Origin: Octopus vulgaris
Lineage: Eukaryota
DNA: 64,000 bases
NCBI GenBank assembly: GCA_951406725.2
Contig: OX597820.1
Location: 124,620,001 to 124,684,000, forward strand
Direction of reading: 5' to 3'
Position 1 is the stretch's first letter; the number at the start of each line of letters is the position of its first letter. The notes below the pieces were generated by a model that did no database searches, was not told the origin of the DNA, and saw nothing but the letters and a program-made list of their open reading frames with translations. The position numbers and the translations under genes are program-made. Shown one piece after another: positions 1-12,884 of the stretch.

Positions 1-28
1 GGTTTTGATTCTTCCTCTAATAGAAAAT

Positions 29-29
29 G

Positions 30-81
<52 letters not shown>

Positions 82-89
82 TAATAATA
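29..89. repeat. (AAT)n microsatellite
   Basis: Near-perfect AAT run. Confidence 0.95.
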
Positions 90-264
90 TATATAACGTG
101 AAGTGTATTTGCTAAATTATTATGACGGTCCCATACAGGACGATGTTACTGTGGTTTTTAGCTCCAGGAGAACATCTCCTCCAGCTGGTTAACGACACAC
201 TGACTGTGTCTGATTAGTATTTGCGAAGGGAGATCATCGTTCCCATCTCTAGCCTTATGTGATA

Positions 265-309
265 CACACAAACCCAGGTTTCTGAGTAGTGATCCGTCAT
301 CAGTGTGCA
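265..309 (-). ncRNA. Minimal type I hammerhead ribozyme motif (weak stem II), probably in a PLE pseudo-LTR fragment
   Basis: Minus strand reads UGCACA-CUGAUGA-CGGAUCACUACUCA-GAAAC-CUGG-GUU-UGUGUG. Stem I is UGCACA/UGUGUG, both core boxes are intact, stem III is near-palindromic (ACCUGGGU), and the triplet is GUU. Confidence 0.6.
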
Positions 310-615
310 ATAATTACCAGTAAGCAATGAGAACTCATTCCACACGCAAAATACTACATGCTATAACATAAACGTTATATTATGTTATAGTCATAGTATA
401 TTGTTATATTATAATATAAATAAAATATTGGATTGTCATTTGTAGCTCCCTATTTAAATTTTTGTTTGAAATTTGCATTATACCCATATTTATGTTGTAT
501 TCAACCGATGTACCAGTGAATTGGATGCTTTACAAACCCCTTTGAAGGAAATGCATTCATCCAACACCAGCAGTCTCATTAGCGATTCCTCTGAACTGAC
601 TCGGTGTGTTTAGAA

Positions 616-1031
616 CTCTCTCTTTACTCTTTACACTTTTACTTGTTTTGGTCATTTGACTGCGGCTATGCTGGAGCACCGCCTTTAGTCGAGCAAATCG
701 ACACCGGAACTTATTCTTTGTAAGCCCAGTACTTATTCTATCGGTCGTCTCTTTTGCCGAACCGCTAAGTGACGGGGACGTAAACACATCAGCATCGGTT
801 GTCAAGCAATGCTAGGGGGACAAACAAAGACACACAGACACACACATATATGTATATATACATATATACGACAGGCTTCTTTCAGTTTCCGTCTACCAAA
901 TCCACTCGCAAGGCATTGGTCGGCCCTGGGCTATAGCAGAAGACACTTGCCCAAGATGCTACGCAGTGGAACTGAACCCGAACCATGTAGTTGGTTAACA
1001 AGCTACTTACCACACAGCCACTCCTGCGCCT
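616..1031 (-). mobile_element. tRNA-derived SINE family A, full length (~410 bp)
   Basis: Minus-strand head GGCGCAGGAGTGGCTGTGTGGTAAG (A box) and GGTTCAGTTCC (B box), internal TA/TG microsatellite, (GAGTAAA)-type tail. High similarity to 24436-24844 and 52919-53340. Confidence 0.9.
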
Positions 1032-2262
1032 ATTTGTCAACTGCGAGAATATTTCCCCCTGTCAATATATAGTGAATGGCATTTACACCGCTTCGAATTT
1101 GCCTGAATCATATTTAAACTGGTCATAAGTTCCTAGTAATTTTCGTCATTACTCAGAGATTCTACTCAGTATTTTATTTAACAGGCAAGCTGCATATAGC
1201 GCGGCAAGACACTGCACCATGACGGAACCATCGTTTTCCCCCACTCTCTTTTATCAGTTCGTAAAATTTCCTTTTCCGTTATTGGTTGCTGAAGGTGAGA
1301 TAACCACTTCGAAATACAGACATTCACCAGTTTGATTAGAAAGCACTTCGAACTGACTCGGTTTAGTGTATTTACATCTATTTCTCTACTGCGAGAAATT
1401 ACAGATTTACAGTGAATGGCTTTCTAACGGGTCGAATATGCCTCAATCATATTCGAAGTGTTTTAAAATATCGTACATATATATGCTAATATTTTGGTGA
1501 AATCATAATAGAACGGGCTCCACCATAAAGGCATAATCATGCGCTGAATATTTTCTTCGTGAGTTTTAACATTTTAGACACCATGTTTATCTCTTTTGAT
1601 TACTATAGTTCAGATTTTGTTACATGTATAGAGGAAACTATGATATAGGAAGTACGATGCTTGTGCTGCGTCTTGCTTTTGGAAGCCACATTTTGCTGAG
1701 CACGCGCTCTTACAGTAGTTGATATAGGTGAATTGTTAACATGCAGAAAATGTATATCTTATTTAACGAGTTTCAGGATGAATTCGCTGGCATGTCATTT
1801 TTTAATATTAACTCTGAAATATGATGGATGTTTCAAATGCAAAACGGCATAACAATAAAATGTTGGCCAAAAGTATTATCAACGTAACACAAGTAAAATG
1901 AACACCATTAATTCTAACTCTTCTACGACGACTCTATGAATTCAGGCTTTCCTAGTTGAAATGGAAGACATGTTTATAAATTTAATATCACAAATATAAC
2001 CATAAATAAGCAATAGGCAAAAACCAGCAAACGAAAGTATATTTTCTTGCATTATATTTTATCTCTCCCTTGTATATGTTTACTCGCATTCCAATCATGA
2101 ATCCCGTTATTGCGTAATATTTGGCTTAACCAAAACTATTTTCTCGAAATCTGCACAGCACATTATATATTGTAATAGACTAGAAATTATTTTCCTGTCA
2201 CATAGGTAACTATAGCATTAGGAATCATTTTTTAGTACTATCAGATATTTTCCATTAGGATA

Positions 2263-2430
<168 letters not shown>

Positions 2431-4172
2431 AATAAATATGCCCCACAAATAGGCTCCTCCGCACAGAAACCCACCACCGAATTACACCCCCATACGAATT
2501 CACATAACCTACACGCATACAAGCATATGCATACTGAAAAGAACCGACAATCGTACACACATATACACAGAGATATATCCATGGATTTACGAGCTCCCCA
2601 AAACCGACTGTCATTGCCGAAAGAACCTTAATCATAATAAACCACACCACCGTTGCAAACTCCCCTATCAACAGCCTCATCACCACCTCACATTCTTGCA
2701 CAATTTACAATCCCCTCCTCTGCTATTACTACCACCAGCTACAACGTCCATCGGCAGCCTCTTGGTCAACTCTATTGTCTGGACTCATTTTCATCAACAC
2801 TCTCCATTCTACAGCCTGTACCACCACCATCATCTGCACCAAAGCCTTTTCTTTCACAACAAACAACACACAAACACACCGAAACAGAAATAACGATGAA
2901 GATGTTTAATACTTCAGCATCATCGGTATTGTCAAGCTACGCAGCTTTCCAGCTCCACTGTATTTGACATCTTTGATCATCAGGGCCTTGGATTAAACGT
3001 GTTAGACTTTAGAGCTTGACTTCTTTATTACAAGAGGCCTGAGATTGTGGCTATGAACACACTGTTCGAAAGAAATATACATGTATTTACATGTGTGACT
3101 AAATGTATGAATATATATGTGTGTGTCTGTCGCCCACTCTCTCTAAGTTTTCTGTGTTTGTCTGTCTCTCTCTAAATATGTGTGTATGTGCATAAATTTG
3201 AGAGTGTGTTTGTGCGTATATAATTTAAGACGCTTTCTTAAATATATTTCTGTTGATACATCATTCAATATCCCAATAGATTTCTTAAAGTACCATGGTA
3301 AAATGTTTGGAGTCGATGTCAGGTTACTAATTACATTTCTCTCGTCTAATTACAGTTTAATTTAATAAAACCTAGAGTTCCTAAATTTGAGATGGCTTTT
3401 TGTAAAAGAAAAATCGAAATATTTATGCGTCAAATGAGGAAGATGTCAGCAATCGCGTCTACTTAAGTGAACGTACGGAAACTGAAATTTCTCAATTTAT
3501 AGGTATTTAAATGAAATCAGAAAATATTTTCAGAACTGCGCAGAAATAGAAACACAGTAATATTATACAAAATGCATGTACACACACTTATTCTAACATG
3601 TAAATGTACATTTAAAAAGACACTATAGCATAATCGTAAATAGATGTGAGAAGCCACTAATTTGTCATAACTAGACACGTTGGGCAAATGCCACTCGACG
3701 GAAAATCAAAATTTCATAATTCCATAATATCCAATATCATTTATTCATTCTAATTTTGAATGTTCAATGATTGAGTGATGTCAGTTAAAATTTCAACATT
3801 TGTCTATTTATTAGCGAAGTTTTATATGAAATAATTTTTTGTTTTCATCTTGGAATCATATGGTTCTGATTTACTGTCACGTGACTTTTGGCCAAACCTG
3901 TATGTAATAAGTTATGTTTAAAAAGTAATGTACTGAAATTCAAACATGAAATTGGCATTTATATATATATATATATATATAACTATGTATCTATATGTAT
4001 ATATGTTTATATGTGTACGTTACTTGATGTTGGGGGAATGAGAAAGAAGTACATGTTGTAGAGGATATCAGTTTCAGTTTTAATAAAGTAAAAAAAAAAA
4101 CTATACATATTTAAGTCTGGCATTTATTCTTTCGTTTGTTTTGGTAAACTGCCAAGTAACTATACCAACACA

Positions 4173-4206
<34 letters not shown>

Positions 4207-4299
4207 TATTCAGCAACGCTCCAGCTTGAAATTTAGGTTTAGCTCATGTACCGTTGATACATTACATTAAAACTACTTTCAATTAATATACAATAGATA

Positions 4300-4470
4300 G
4301 GCATTTGTATGGTTGTGTGGTAAGAAACTTCCTTTCCCAACTGCTCGGTTCTGGGTTTAGTCGAATTGCGAGATCCCTTAGGGTAGTATCATCTACGATG
4401 ACCTGGGGCCGACCAAACAATAGTGAGTAGATTTGTTAAACAGAAACTGAATGTAGCCCGTTGTATATAC

Positions 4471-4530
<60 letters not shown>

Positions 4531-4736
4531 GCACATATATGTATATATATATGTGAGTGTGTCTGTCTGTATGTGTGTGTGTTGGTATATTAACTTAGCA
4601 GGTTACCAAAACAACCGAAAGAATAAATACCAGAATTTAAAATAGTAATGTGGTCGATTCAGTAGACTATAATTCTTGGAGGTGGTGCCCTAACATGGCT
4701 TCAGTCTAATGACTACAACAAGTAAAAGAATAGAAG
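4300..4736 (+). mobile_element. SINE family A, old diverged copy
   Basis: Same module order: tggttgtgtggtaag...ggccgaccaaa...gaaactgaa...(TA)n...ggtggtgccctaacatggc...acaagtaaaagaa. Confidence 0.75.
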
Positions 4737-5608
4737 TTAAAAGATCATATATACATGTGTGTGTGTCTGTGTGTGTGTACATATATGTACGTATGCATAT
4801 ACTCTCCTCTGGGTATTCTTACACATATAAGTATATATTTATATGTAGATACATACTATATGTGTATGTGATTAAGCACAACTGCGTATATTTTGGCATG
4901 TCTCTTTTCCTATGTGAACGATTCATTAATTGAAAGAATTCTTTATTTATGATACTAAATTATGATTCTCATAGAATTTCTCACAAAGACACTTGACAAC
5001 TTTAATCTGAAGTCATTTAAATATAAAGTAAGCAGAATGGTGTTCATTGAAGCAGAAATCCCATCAAATTAAATTGATGAGAGTTTTTATCGCTCCCTAT
5101 TCTATCACAGAGATATATTTTAATTATCGTTTCATTAACTTTTTGTCAAATTTACAAACAATATACTGCGTTGTCTCCTTTAGTAATTTTAGTCTACCAG
5201 CAGTCAGAGTTTCCTCTTAAATATAATTTTCAAGACGCTTTCTTTATTGTTGAATTTCATTTATCATATTTGACATTACTTGAAAAATTTACTACCAGCT
5301 TGGCAAGTTGTCTAAACAGTAGTAATAAAATGCACTTATACAAAAATACACACAGAGTCAAACACACACCAAAACAAAAACGCATACACGCATACACACA
5401 CATTTGCACACAAACACACCACACACACACCAGCGTGCACACAAGCATACAAAATACAAACGTACTCACGTATACAGATACACACTACTCACTGCCACAC
5501 ACGCACACAGTTGGGCAACTTGTGGTTCAATATGTGAGATCTGTCCGATTAATTACTTACAAAACATCCGAAAAAGAAAGCATGAAAAAATATGGTATAC
5601 TAATGCAG

Positions 5609-5637
<29 letters not shown>

Positions 5638-5640
<3 letters not shown>

Positions 5641-5977
5641 TCTTTTACTCTTTTACTTGTTTCAGTCATTTGACTGCGGCCATGCTGGAGCACGGCCTTT
5701 AGTCGAGCAAATAGACCCCGGGACTTATTCTTTGTAATCCCAGTACTTATTCTATCGATCTCTTTTGCCGAACCACTAAGTGACGTAAACACACCAGCAT
5801 CGGTTGTAAAGCAATGCTAGAGGGACAAACACAGACACACAAACACACATACACATACATAAATATATACATATATACGACAGGCTTCTTTCAGTTTCCG
5901 TCTACCAAATCCACCCAGAAGGCTTTGGTCGGCCCGAGGCTATAGCAGAAGACAAGCTACTTACCACACAGCCACTC

Positions 5978-5980
<3 letters not shown>
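5638..5980 (-). mobile_element. SINE family A with the B-box region deleted
   Basis: Matches 616-1031 but jumps from gaagaca to agctactt at ~5954. Confidence 0.88.
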
Positions 5981-6016
<36 letters not shown>

Positions 6017-6019
<3 letters not shown>

Positions 6020-6165
6020 CAAATTTACAGATTAAAAGGAGAACGCAGTTGCAGGAACAAGAACCAGTTTTGTCAGTTTAACTCTCAGGAAAAATGGAAA
6101 AGCCTTCTAGGTTTCCAGCGTACACACTTCGGTAGAATGTATTAATAAAGGAAGGAAATGATTAA
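6017..6165 (-). mobile_element. Degenerate pLTR-like repeat related to 23340-23610
   Basis: Minus strand ttctaccgaagtgtgtacgctggaaacctagaaggc...tgtaaatttgaac resembles tttcggttgaagagctttggctagaaacggaaaaga...gttaaatttcaac. Confidence 0.35.
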
Positions 6166-6357
6166 GAATTATGAATATACATACGCATGTATATATATAT
6201 ATATATATATGTTTGTGTGTGTGTGTGTGTGTATGTATGTATATATATATATACATTTAAACATATGTATGTATATATATGTACACTAACATACATATGT
6301 ACAGATATGTGTGTCTTTGTGTGTGTGTGCGCGCGCGCGCGTGTGTGTATGTATATA

Positions 6358-6710
6358 CAGCGTGGGTGAAATATAAGTTGCTATTAAAAATTGGTAATAA
6401 ATTCCATACTTCTTTTACAAATTTATTGAATGAAACGATGCATGTTCTTTATTGCATGGGAAAATGAAAGTAAATCTTCACATTTCAACGTAAACAACGG
6501 TGGCGTGAACCAGTTTCCTCAAATGGCCAGGAATGGAATGAACAATCTTCTGAAGGACGTCATCTGGAATATCCCTGGGACCCTCCCGAATCCCTCACTC
6601 CAAGTCCACCAGTGTTCGAGGTTTTGTCGTGTATACCTCCTGTTTTGTGCAACTACACAGATAAAAATAACATGTAATAAAAGCTGGATTCTTAGAATAC
6701 TGGACTTCTG
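6358..6710 (-). mobile_element. Tc1/mariner-superfamily transposon 3' remnant (transposase C-terminus plus putative TIR)
   Basis: Minus translation ...TCYFYLCSCTKQEVYTTKPRTLVDLE*GIREGPRDIPDDVLQKIVHSIPGHLRKLV...YVEM* resembles the region after the SPDLxPxDF motif. The element end reads TA|CAGCGTG. Confidence 0.7.
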
Positions 6711-7080
6711 GACTTCTGCAGTTACAGTTTTAAGGTGTTAGCTCCTGCACGTAATGGAATTTACACAGACGAAAATTCAATTCTTTATGCAAAACCGTAC
6801 GTATTCTGTGCCTTGTTAGTCAACTTTCACGAGCCTGTTGATACGTTGATTTTTTGGGGCAGCGAATGGACACCTCTAGGTGCAAATTCGTGGTCATATA
6901 TATATATATATAGAGAGAGATAGAAACAACTTAACAATAATGATCGTTATATATAATGCCTTCATTGGAGCAAACACAGCTTACAACTGCTTTCCGTAGT
7001 TATTATTGGTACATTACTGCTAGGCTTATACAATTGGTCATTTAATCAATTGAGATCAAGCTAACGACCCGAGAAAATTA

Positions 7081-7128
<48 letters not shown>

Positions 7129-7133
7129 GTTGT

Positions 7134-7178
<45 letters not shown>

Positions 7179-7332
7179 ATATTTATATACGTGTATATAT
7201 TTGTGTGTGTATTGATTGCTAGATAGATAAGCAGATAGATAGGTAGATGGATATGAACACATATATCGCCTACTCTTCCAATGATGTTTGTTTGACTTCG
7301 TTCGATTTTGCTACTGAATATTTCACAATAGT

Positions 7333-7798
7333 AAGGCGGTGAGCTGGCAGAAACGTTAGCACGACGGGCGAAAGGCTGAGCGGTATTTCGTCTGCCGTTA
7401 CGTTCTGAGATCAAATTCCACCGAAATCGACGTAATCCATTTGTCTGTCCGTGTTTGTAGTCTCTGTGTTTAGCCCCTTGTAGGTAGTAAAGAAATAGGT
7501 ATATCCTCTACCGTTACGTTCAGATTTCAAATTCCACCGAGGTCCACTTTGCCTTCAGGGTCGATAAAGTAAGTACCAGTTGCGTACTGGGGTCGATCTA
7601 ATCGACTTAATCCGTCTGTCTGTCCTTTGTGTTTAGCCCCTTGTGGGTAGTAAAAAATAGGTAGATCTGTCTTCATGTTCAGATTTCAAACTCCGTGGAG
7701 GTGGACTTTCCCTCCCATTCTTTCGAGGTCGATAAATTAAGTACCATTTCGTAGTGTGGTCGAAAATTTCAGGCTTTGTGCCTAGAGCAGCAAAGAAT
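7333..7798 (+). mobile_element. SINE family B, one head plus three head-to-tail body units
   Basis: Head aaggcggtgagctggcagaa; the body ending ...gccccttgtgggtagtaaagaaataggta is repeated, with junctions at ~7498 and ~7660. Confidence 0.85.
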
Positions 7799-9273
7799 AA
7801 TTCGCGTTACTCTCCAAATTTCTATGAAAATTCTACTTCTCGAATTTTCTGTGTCACTTTCTTTATAAAAACTAACTTTCATAATGTAATCTTCCATTTC
7901 ATAAGACATTGAAAATTTGAGAGTTTAGTCTTAAAATATAACAGCTGCAGTACACAACAACACGCCTGTTCGTTAGCTCAATTGCTAATATCCTTGTTGG
8001 CGGTATGATTTGCAATGCTGTTCAGCCTATGAAATATTTAGTTAGGCTGGGAATTAATTTTCCAGCCAGACAGAGAATTTATATAGACACATATCGATGT
8101 ATTGATATATTGATATATCGACAAATGTAACTATTTATCTTTTTATCCGGTTTATCTAAATATCTATGTATGTATATATGCATACATGCATACATAGGTA
8201 CAAACATGTATATATAGATGTATAAATATATAAACAGATATTCATACATACGTACTTATACATACATATATATATATATAGTTACGCACATATAGACACA
8301 AACACACACATATACAGAGACACGCATATATATAAATGAGCGTGTGTGGGGCACTAGTATCCATGTAAAGAAATACAGTTATAATTTTATACTCGGGTAG
8401 ACACCTATATTTATATCTATCTATCTACCTATCTATCTATCTACCTATCTATCTATCTATTTATCTATTTATATATTATATATATATATATAACTTTGTT
8501 GTGTTTAAATATAACGCTTTACTGGGAAATGTGAAAGCACATATTACCTCGGGGGTACTGTGTTGATAGCTGTATATTTACACCTTTACCATCAGTGAGA
8601 AAGTCTAGTAACGATAAACCGCAGTGAAATAGTTTTACCAGATAAATCTGTTATAAGCACATTTGAATTAAACTAAAGTCTATTTCCCATCACTCTCTTG
8701 CGCTGCCACATATACGCAGCTACACTTGCATGCATGGATACAAACGTACACAACATATATGTATGTAAATATATAGCTTATTTGTCAAAATCCATAGCAT
8801 TACCGACTCCAAGTTATCCCTCTTAGTACCTCCTATTCCTTATGAACTTTACCTTCGAAATATGGATATTGTGTGATCTTCTAAGTGCAATACATTATGA
8901 AATTTATAAACTGACTCTTCTAGATTGTACCTTCGTGTTGATTTCGCATATACTCAAATCGTATTTGTTTTTTCTTCATCAACATTTCACAGGTCGTTGT
9001 CTTGTAATGTAACTAAAAGAGACTGTTTTCGCGGCTCACTAAGAATCACCATCACTATTACTTCTTGCTACCAATATAGAAAGAACTTTTCAATAACTCA
9101 ATGATTGATCGTGGCGGCGTAGAGTACATAAGACTTAGACTAATGTCTTCATGTGAATGTATAAAATTAGAAATGCAGAAATAAAATCCTGCTCTTTTCT
9201 TGACACACACACAATATGTGTGTGTGTGTGTGTATTCTTTTGTGTGTGCATGTGCGTGTGTGTACATGTATGT

Positions 9274-9314
<41 letters not shown>

Positions 9315-12277
9315 TTTGAATGCGAAGGTCTGTATGCCTGTATTTCACTCAGTATATAGGTATGTCTACCGGTGTGGACCTGGTTTTTTTTTCTTGAGTT
9401 GATTCCCATTGCAAAATGAACACATATAATTCAACCAAGTACCCGTATGGTTACTGGTACTAGCTCGTTCCAAGAAAAATTAGGAATTACATGAGCAATT
9501 CTACAAGGAATCATATTTAGATTTCTATAAAATAATTACGCAAAAGCGGAGTTAAATGTAGGCGTTTTAAGAATCCTCCTTTATATCTGAATGTCTGAAA
9601 CGAAAGGAATACAATAATAGCAAAGCTCAAGATAGCTTCCTTTCACGGCTATTATTTTGGTGATATATTAACGCCATCTACATGATTGATGAGTTTCTCA
9701 AAGGATACTGTCTGACTAGTCTTCAAATGAACGTTATTATCGTAGAACCAGAAATATATCAGAATTCTTGTTCAGATGTTTCAAGTGGTATCCCCTAGCG
9801 CAAATACTAACAGCCAACGGGCGAAATAGCTAAAAGCATGCAGGAAAACCTTTAGTTACCATAATTTAAATGTTTGAGATATCTTTATTTTCTCGCTTTG
9901 TTTTCTTTCGTTTTAAAACAAGTATTAATTTTAGAAACATTTTCCATTAACCTTTGCAGCGAATCTTCCGGTATTCACTGGCTTGCACGTCATATATACT
10001 TACTTGATGTGTCAATTGTATATCTAAATGTATTGTTGTATATAGTACTATACGTTTATATCGGTCATCCTCTTAGTTTCAAATACTATATGCCTGATTT
10101 AAATAATTTCGCCACCACCAACATGCACTGTTATTGACTTTAGCTTGGTGAAGTATACATGTCTAATTACCCCTTTGAAAGACAATGATTTTTGCAATGC
10201 ATTAAAATAAATATTGAGTCTTTTTATGTATTTCTTATGAGAATTTTTATACCAATAATATTAGCATGTCTTTGAGAGATATGCTAATATAATTGTGGTG
10301 GCCTTTTCCCCCCACAAATATAATAAAGGTGATGATACTGACAGCTGGCAAAGAGAGGTAGGCATTTTCATAAAGCATTTATGCACCATAGAGCGTAAAG
10401 TAATGTATACTTGCAAACTCTATTTCGCATCCAGATGAAGATGAATAAATAAAGCCTCTATATGATTGTTCGATAGGATTCAAAAGCATCCAAGTGTCAC
10501 TCTCTCTCTGTCTCTCTCTCTGTTTGTCTCCCTATCTCTGTCTCTCAAGTCTCTCCCAATAATCTCTCACAAAATTAGTTTGGATAATGCATTCTCAGCT
10601 ATTCAACAAACGAATATAGACGTGGTGATCTTCATCGAGTTAAATTTCGTTATTCATCTCCATCAAAACTGACCTAGAGTTGAAGAATAACACAAACTAC
10701 AATAGTAACTGATATATTCGTAATGATGTAAAGGGTCACTGTTGCTCTCCGGTGTAGCTGAAGTTAAAAGCAATATATATATAAATTTTATATTTTCTCT
10801 GCCTGATTCTGTATTGATATTTAATTCTTCTTGAATTCCCGGCAGTGAAGCCGGTAACTTGGTGATTAAGCTAATTGCAACACATTTTGATTGTGCGTTG
10901 ATTAGGCAACATAATTGTATCCATTTCTCTTTTTCTATTTATTTATTGATTTTCCTATCTACACAGCTAGCTAGATACTTACCTACATATCGGATTTTCT
11001 ATATAAATAACGTTTTGATTATTTTACACACACTCGCTCCGACAACATCCACTCACCCATATCTATGTGGGCATATAAGTATGTGGAGAATGATCATATC
11101 AGCGCGTAAACAGACACATGTGTGTGTGTAGATACACACATACACACACGCACATATATACACCATCAAAATACCTCTGAATAATGGCGAGTGTGTTTCT
11201 CAGTTAACTAATCCTGGTTGCAACAAATTCCTCTCATATGTGTGTCTAGTTGTAAACATATTTTGATTGGATTCCAGTCTCCAAGAATTCTGAAATATAC
11301 GCCTGAAGGTATACGTGTCATAAAGAGATAGAGACATGATGTCAACAACTGTGCCAGAATACACAATGGATATTCTTTAATAATTACACGAAATAAACAT
11401 TGTTGCCTCTTCCCTCTAAGCACTATCATAATATCACATTAGATTTACATATATTGTCATCAGCAGCGTTTCCTTAAATTCAGAAATGAATATCAATATT
11501 GTAATACTAATGAAGCAAAAATAAATAGACTTTCCTAATTTTTGTTTCATATAATTCCTTTGCTCCAGGTGCTTCGAAACCAAACAAGTGCTGATACATT
11601 GTTTCAGTCTTGGACGAATGAAAGGTTGTAAAGTCTTTCATATTTCCAAGGCTAAAACAATGTCACAGTAAATTTAAAATGCAATATTTGTTTCAGCTAT
11701 GAGGCTTCTATAACTTAAACGAAAAGCACCTAATAGAGGTGAACCAGAGAGGAAAATAATGTAATTTTTGCTATGTATAATGGACTACATTGTCCAGTGT
11801 TATCTCGTTTTAAACCTTATGCGTAGGTTGTGAAATTAAGATGCACTTCACGTTTGTAGCAACTTTTGCGTGTAGGATGCATGTGGTCAAAAAACATGAA
11901 ACGTCTCATTGGATTTTCCTTATTTTTTACACATTCCTGTTTCAAATCTGCCCCATTCTGAAAATTGATTTTGACCCCAAGAAACCAGAAACAACTTAAT
12001 TTTTATTATATATGAAACATATTTCATATGAATTGAATCCTCATCTCACTTTTTCTTTGACAGCCTAATAGTTATAGCCTTAAAGTTTTTGATTCTTTTC
12101 TCCAATGCAATTTAATTGGAAGTTTTTAGTACCTGGTTTATTCAGTACCTCGTTTGTGAGGATGTGATTTGGAAGATGTTTCACTACTATTTAAGGCATT
12201 ACAAACGACCGCAGAACGCTCAAGCTTCCGTTACTGCATTGTAGTGTAGGTGCGGACAAAGAAGCGCGAAAAAATTG

Positions 12278-12540
12278 AGAAGGCGTATAGAAAACGCAGA
12301 CAATAAACAGCGGAAAACGATGAACAGAAACTAAAATATAGATTATAAAAAAGTAAAAAGGTAACAGCTCTATCCTTATACCTTAAACGATAAGGTTGGA
12401 AAGGTAGCAAGTCAGTCAGGAATAGGCGGAATTTTCCCATTCTTCAAAATATATTCATATATACGCATGCGACTAAAGTATCTGAACTGGAGTTCAATAG
12501 AGATTTAGGAATCGCAGATATGAACAAGATTTGCGCTAAT
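12278..12540 (-). mobile_element. Inverted partial copy of the PLE 3' end/pLTR at 13365-13620
   Basis: The reverse complement shares ctctattgaactccag, atatattttgaagaa, ttcctgactgacttg and gttttctata with 13365-13620. Confidence 0.8.
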
Positions 12541-12884
12541 TCATCCAAACAAATCTACATTTATTCGATACGTTCACATAAGATATGGATTTGTCAATTA
12601 CTTTCCATTTAATCGAATTCCATATGTACACAGCCAACTTAATAGCTTTAATTTTCTCGCTTTGTCGGAAGGAGGCTACGTATAGCGAATTTAAAATTCA
12701 CCTTTACATAGTCCAATATAAGTCTTCTTATCAGTTGTATTATTATTTAAGTTTGCAGTAACTTATATATAATAGATTTTGTCTTATGTCGTTAGTCAAG
12801 TGGATATGACCTTGGGTCGCATTAGTTGCAACTAGATTCAGGCTCTTGATATTTACCACGTGTAATGTTACTCTTCATATTGGG

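Noticed and set aside
809-1072. Recurrent [17 protein letters not shown] ORFs (also 24621 and 52960) that look like a gene family
   Set aside because: They are antisense read-through of SINE family A.
2940-2990. Minus-strand CTGATGA, a possible hammerhead
   Set aside because: There is no stem II followed by GAAA and no consistent stem I or III.
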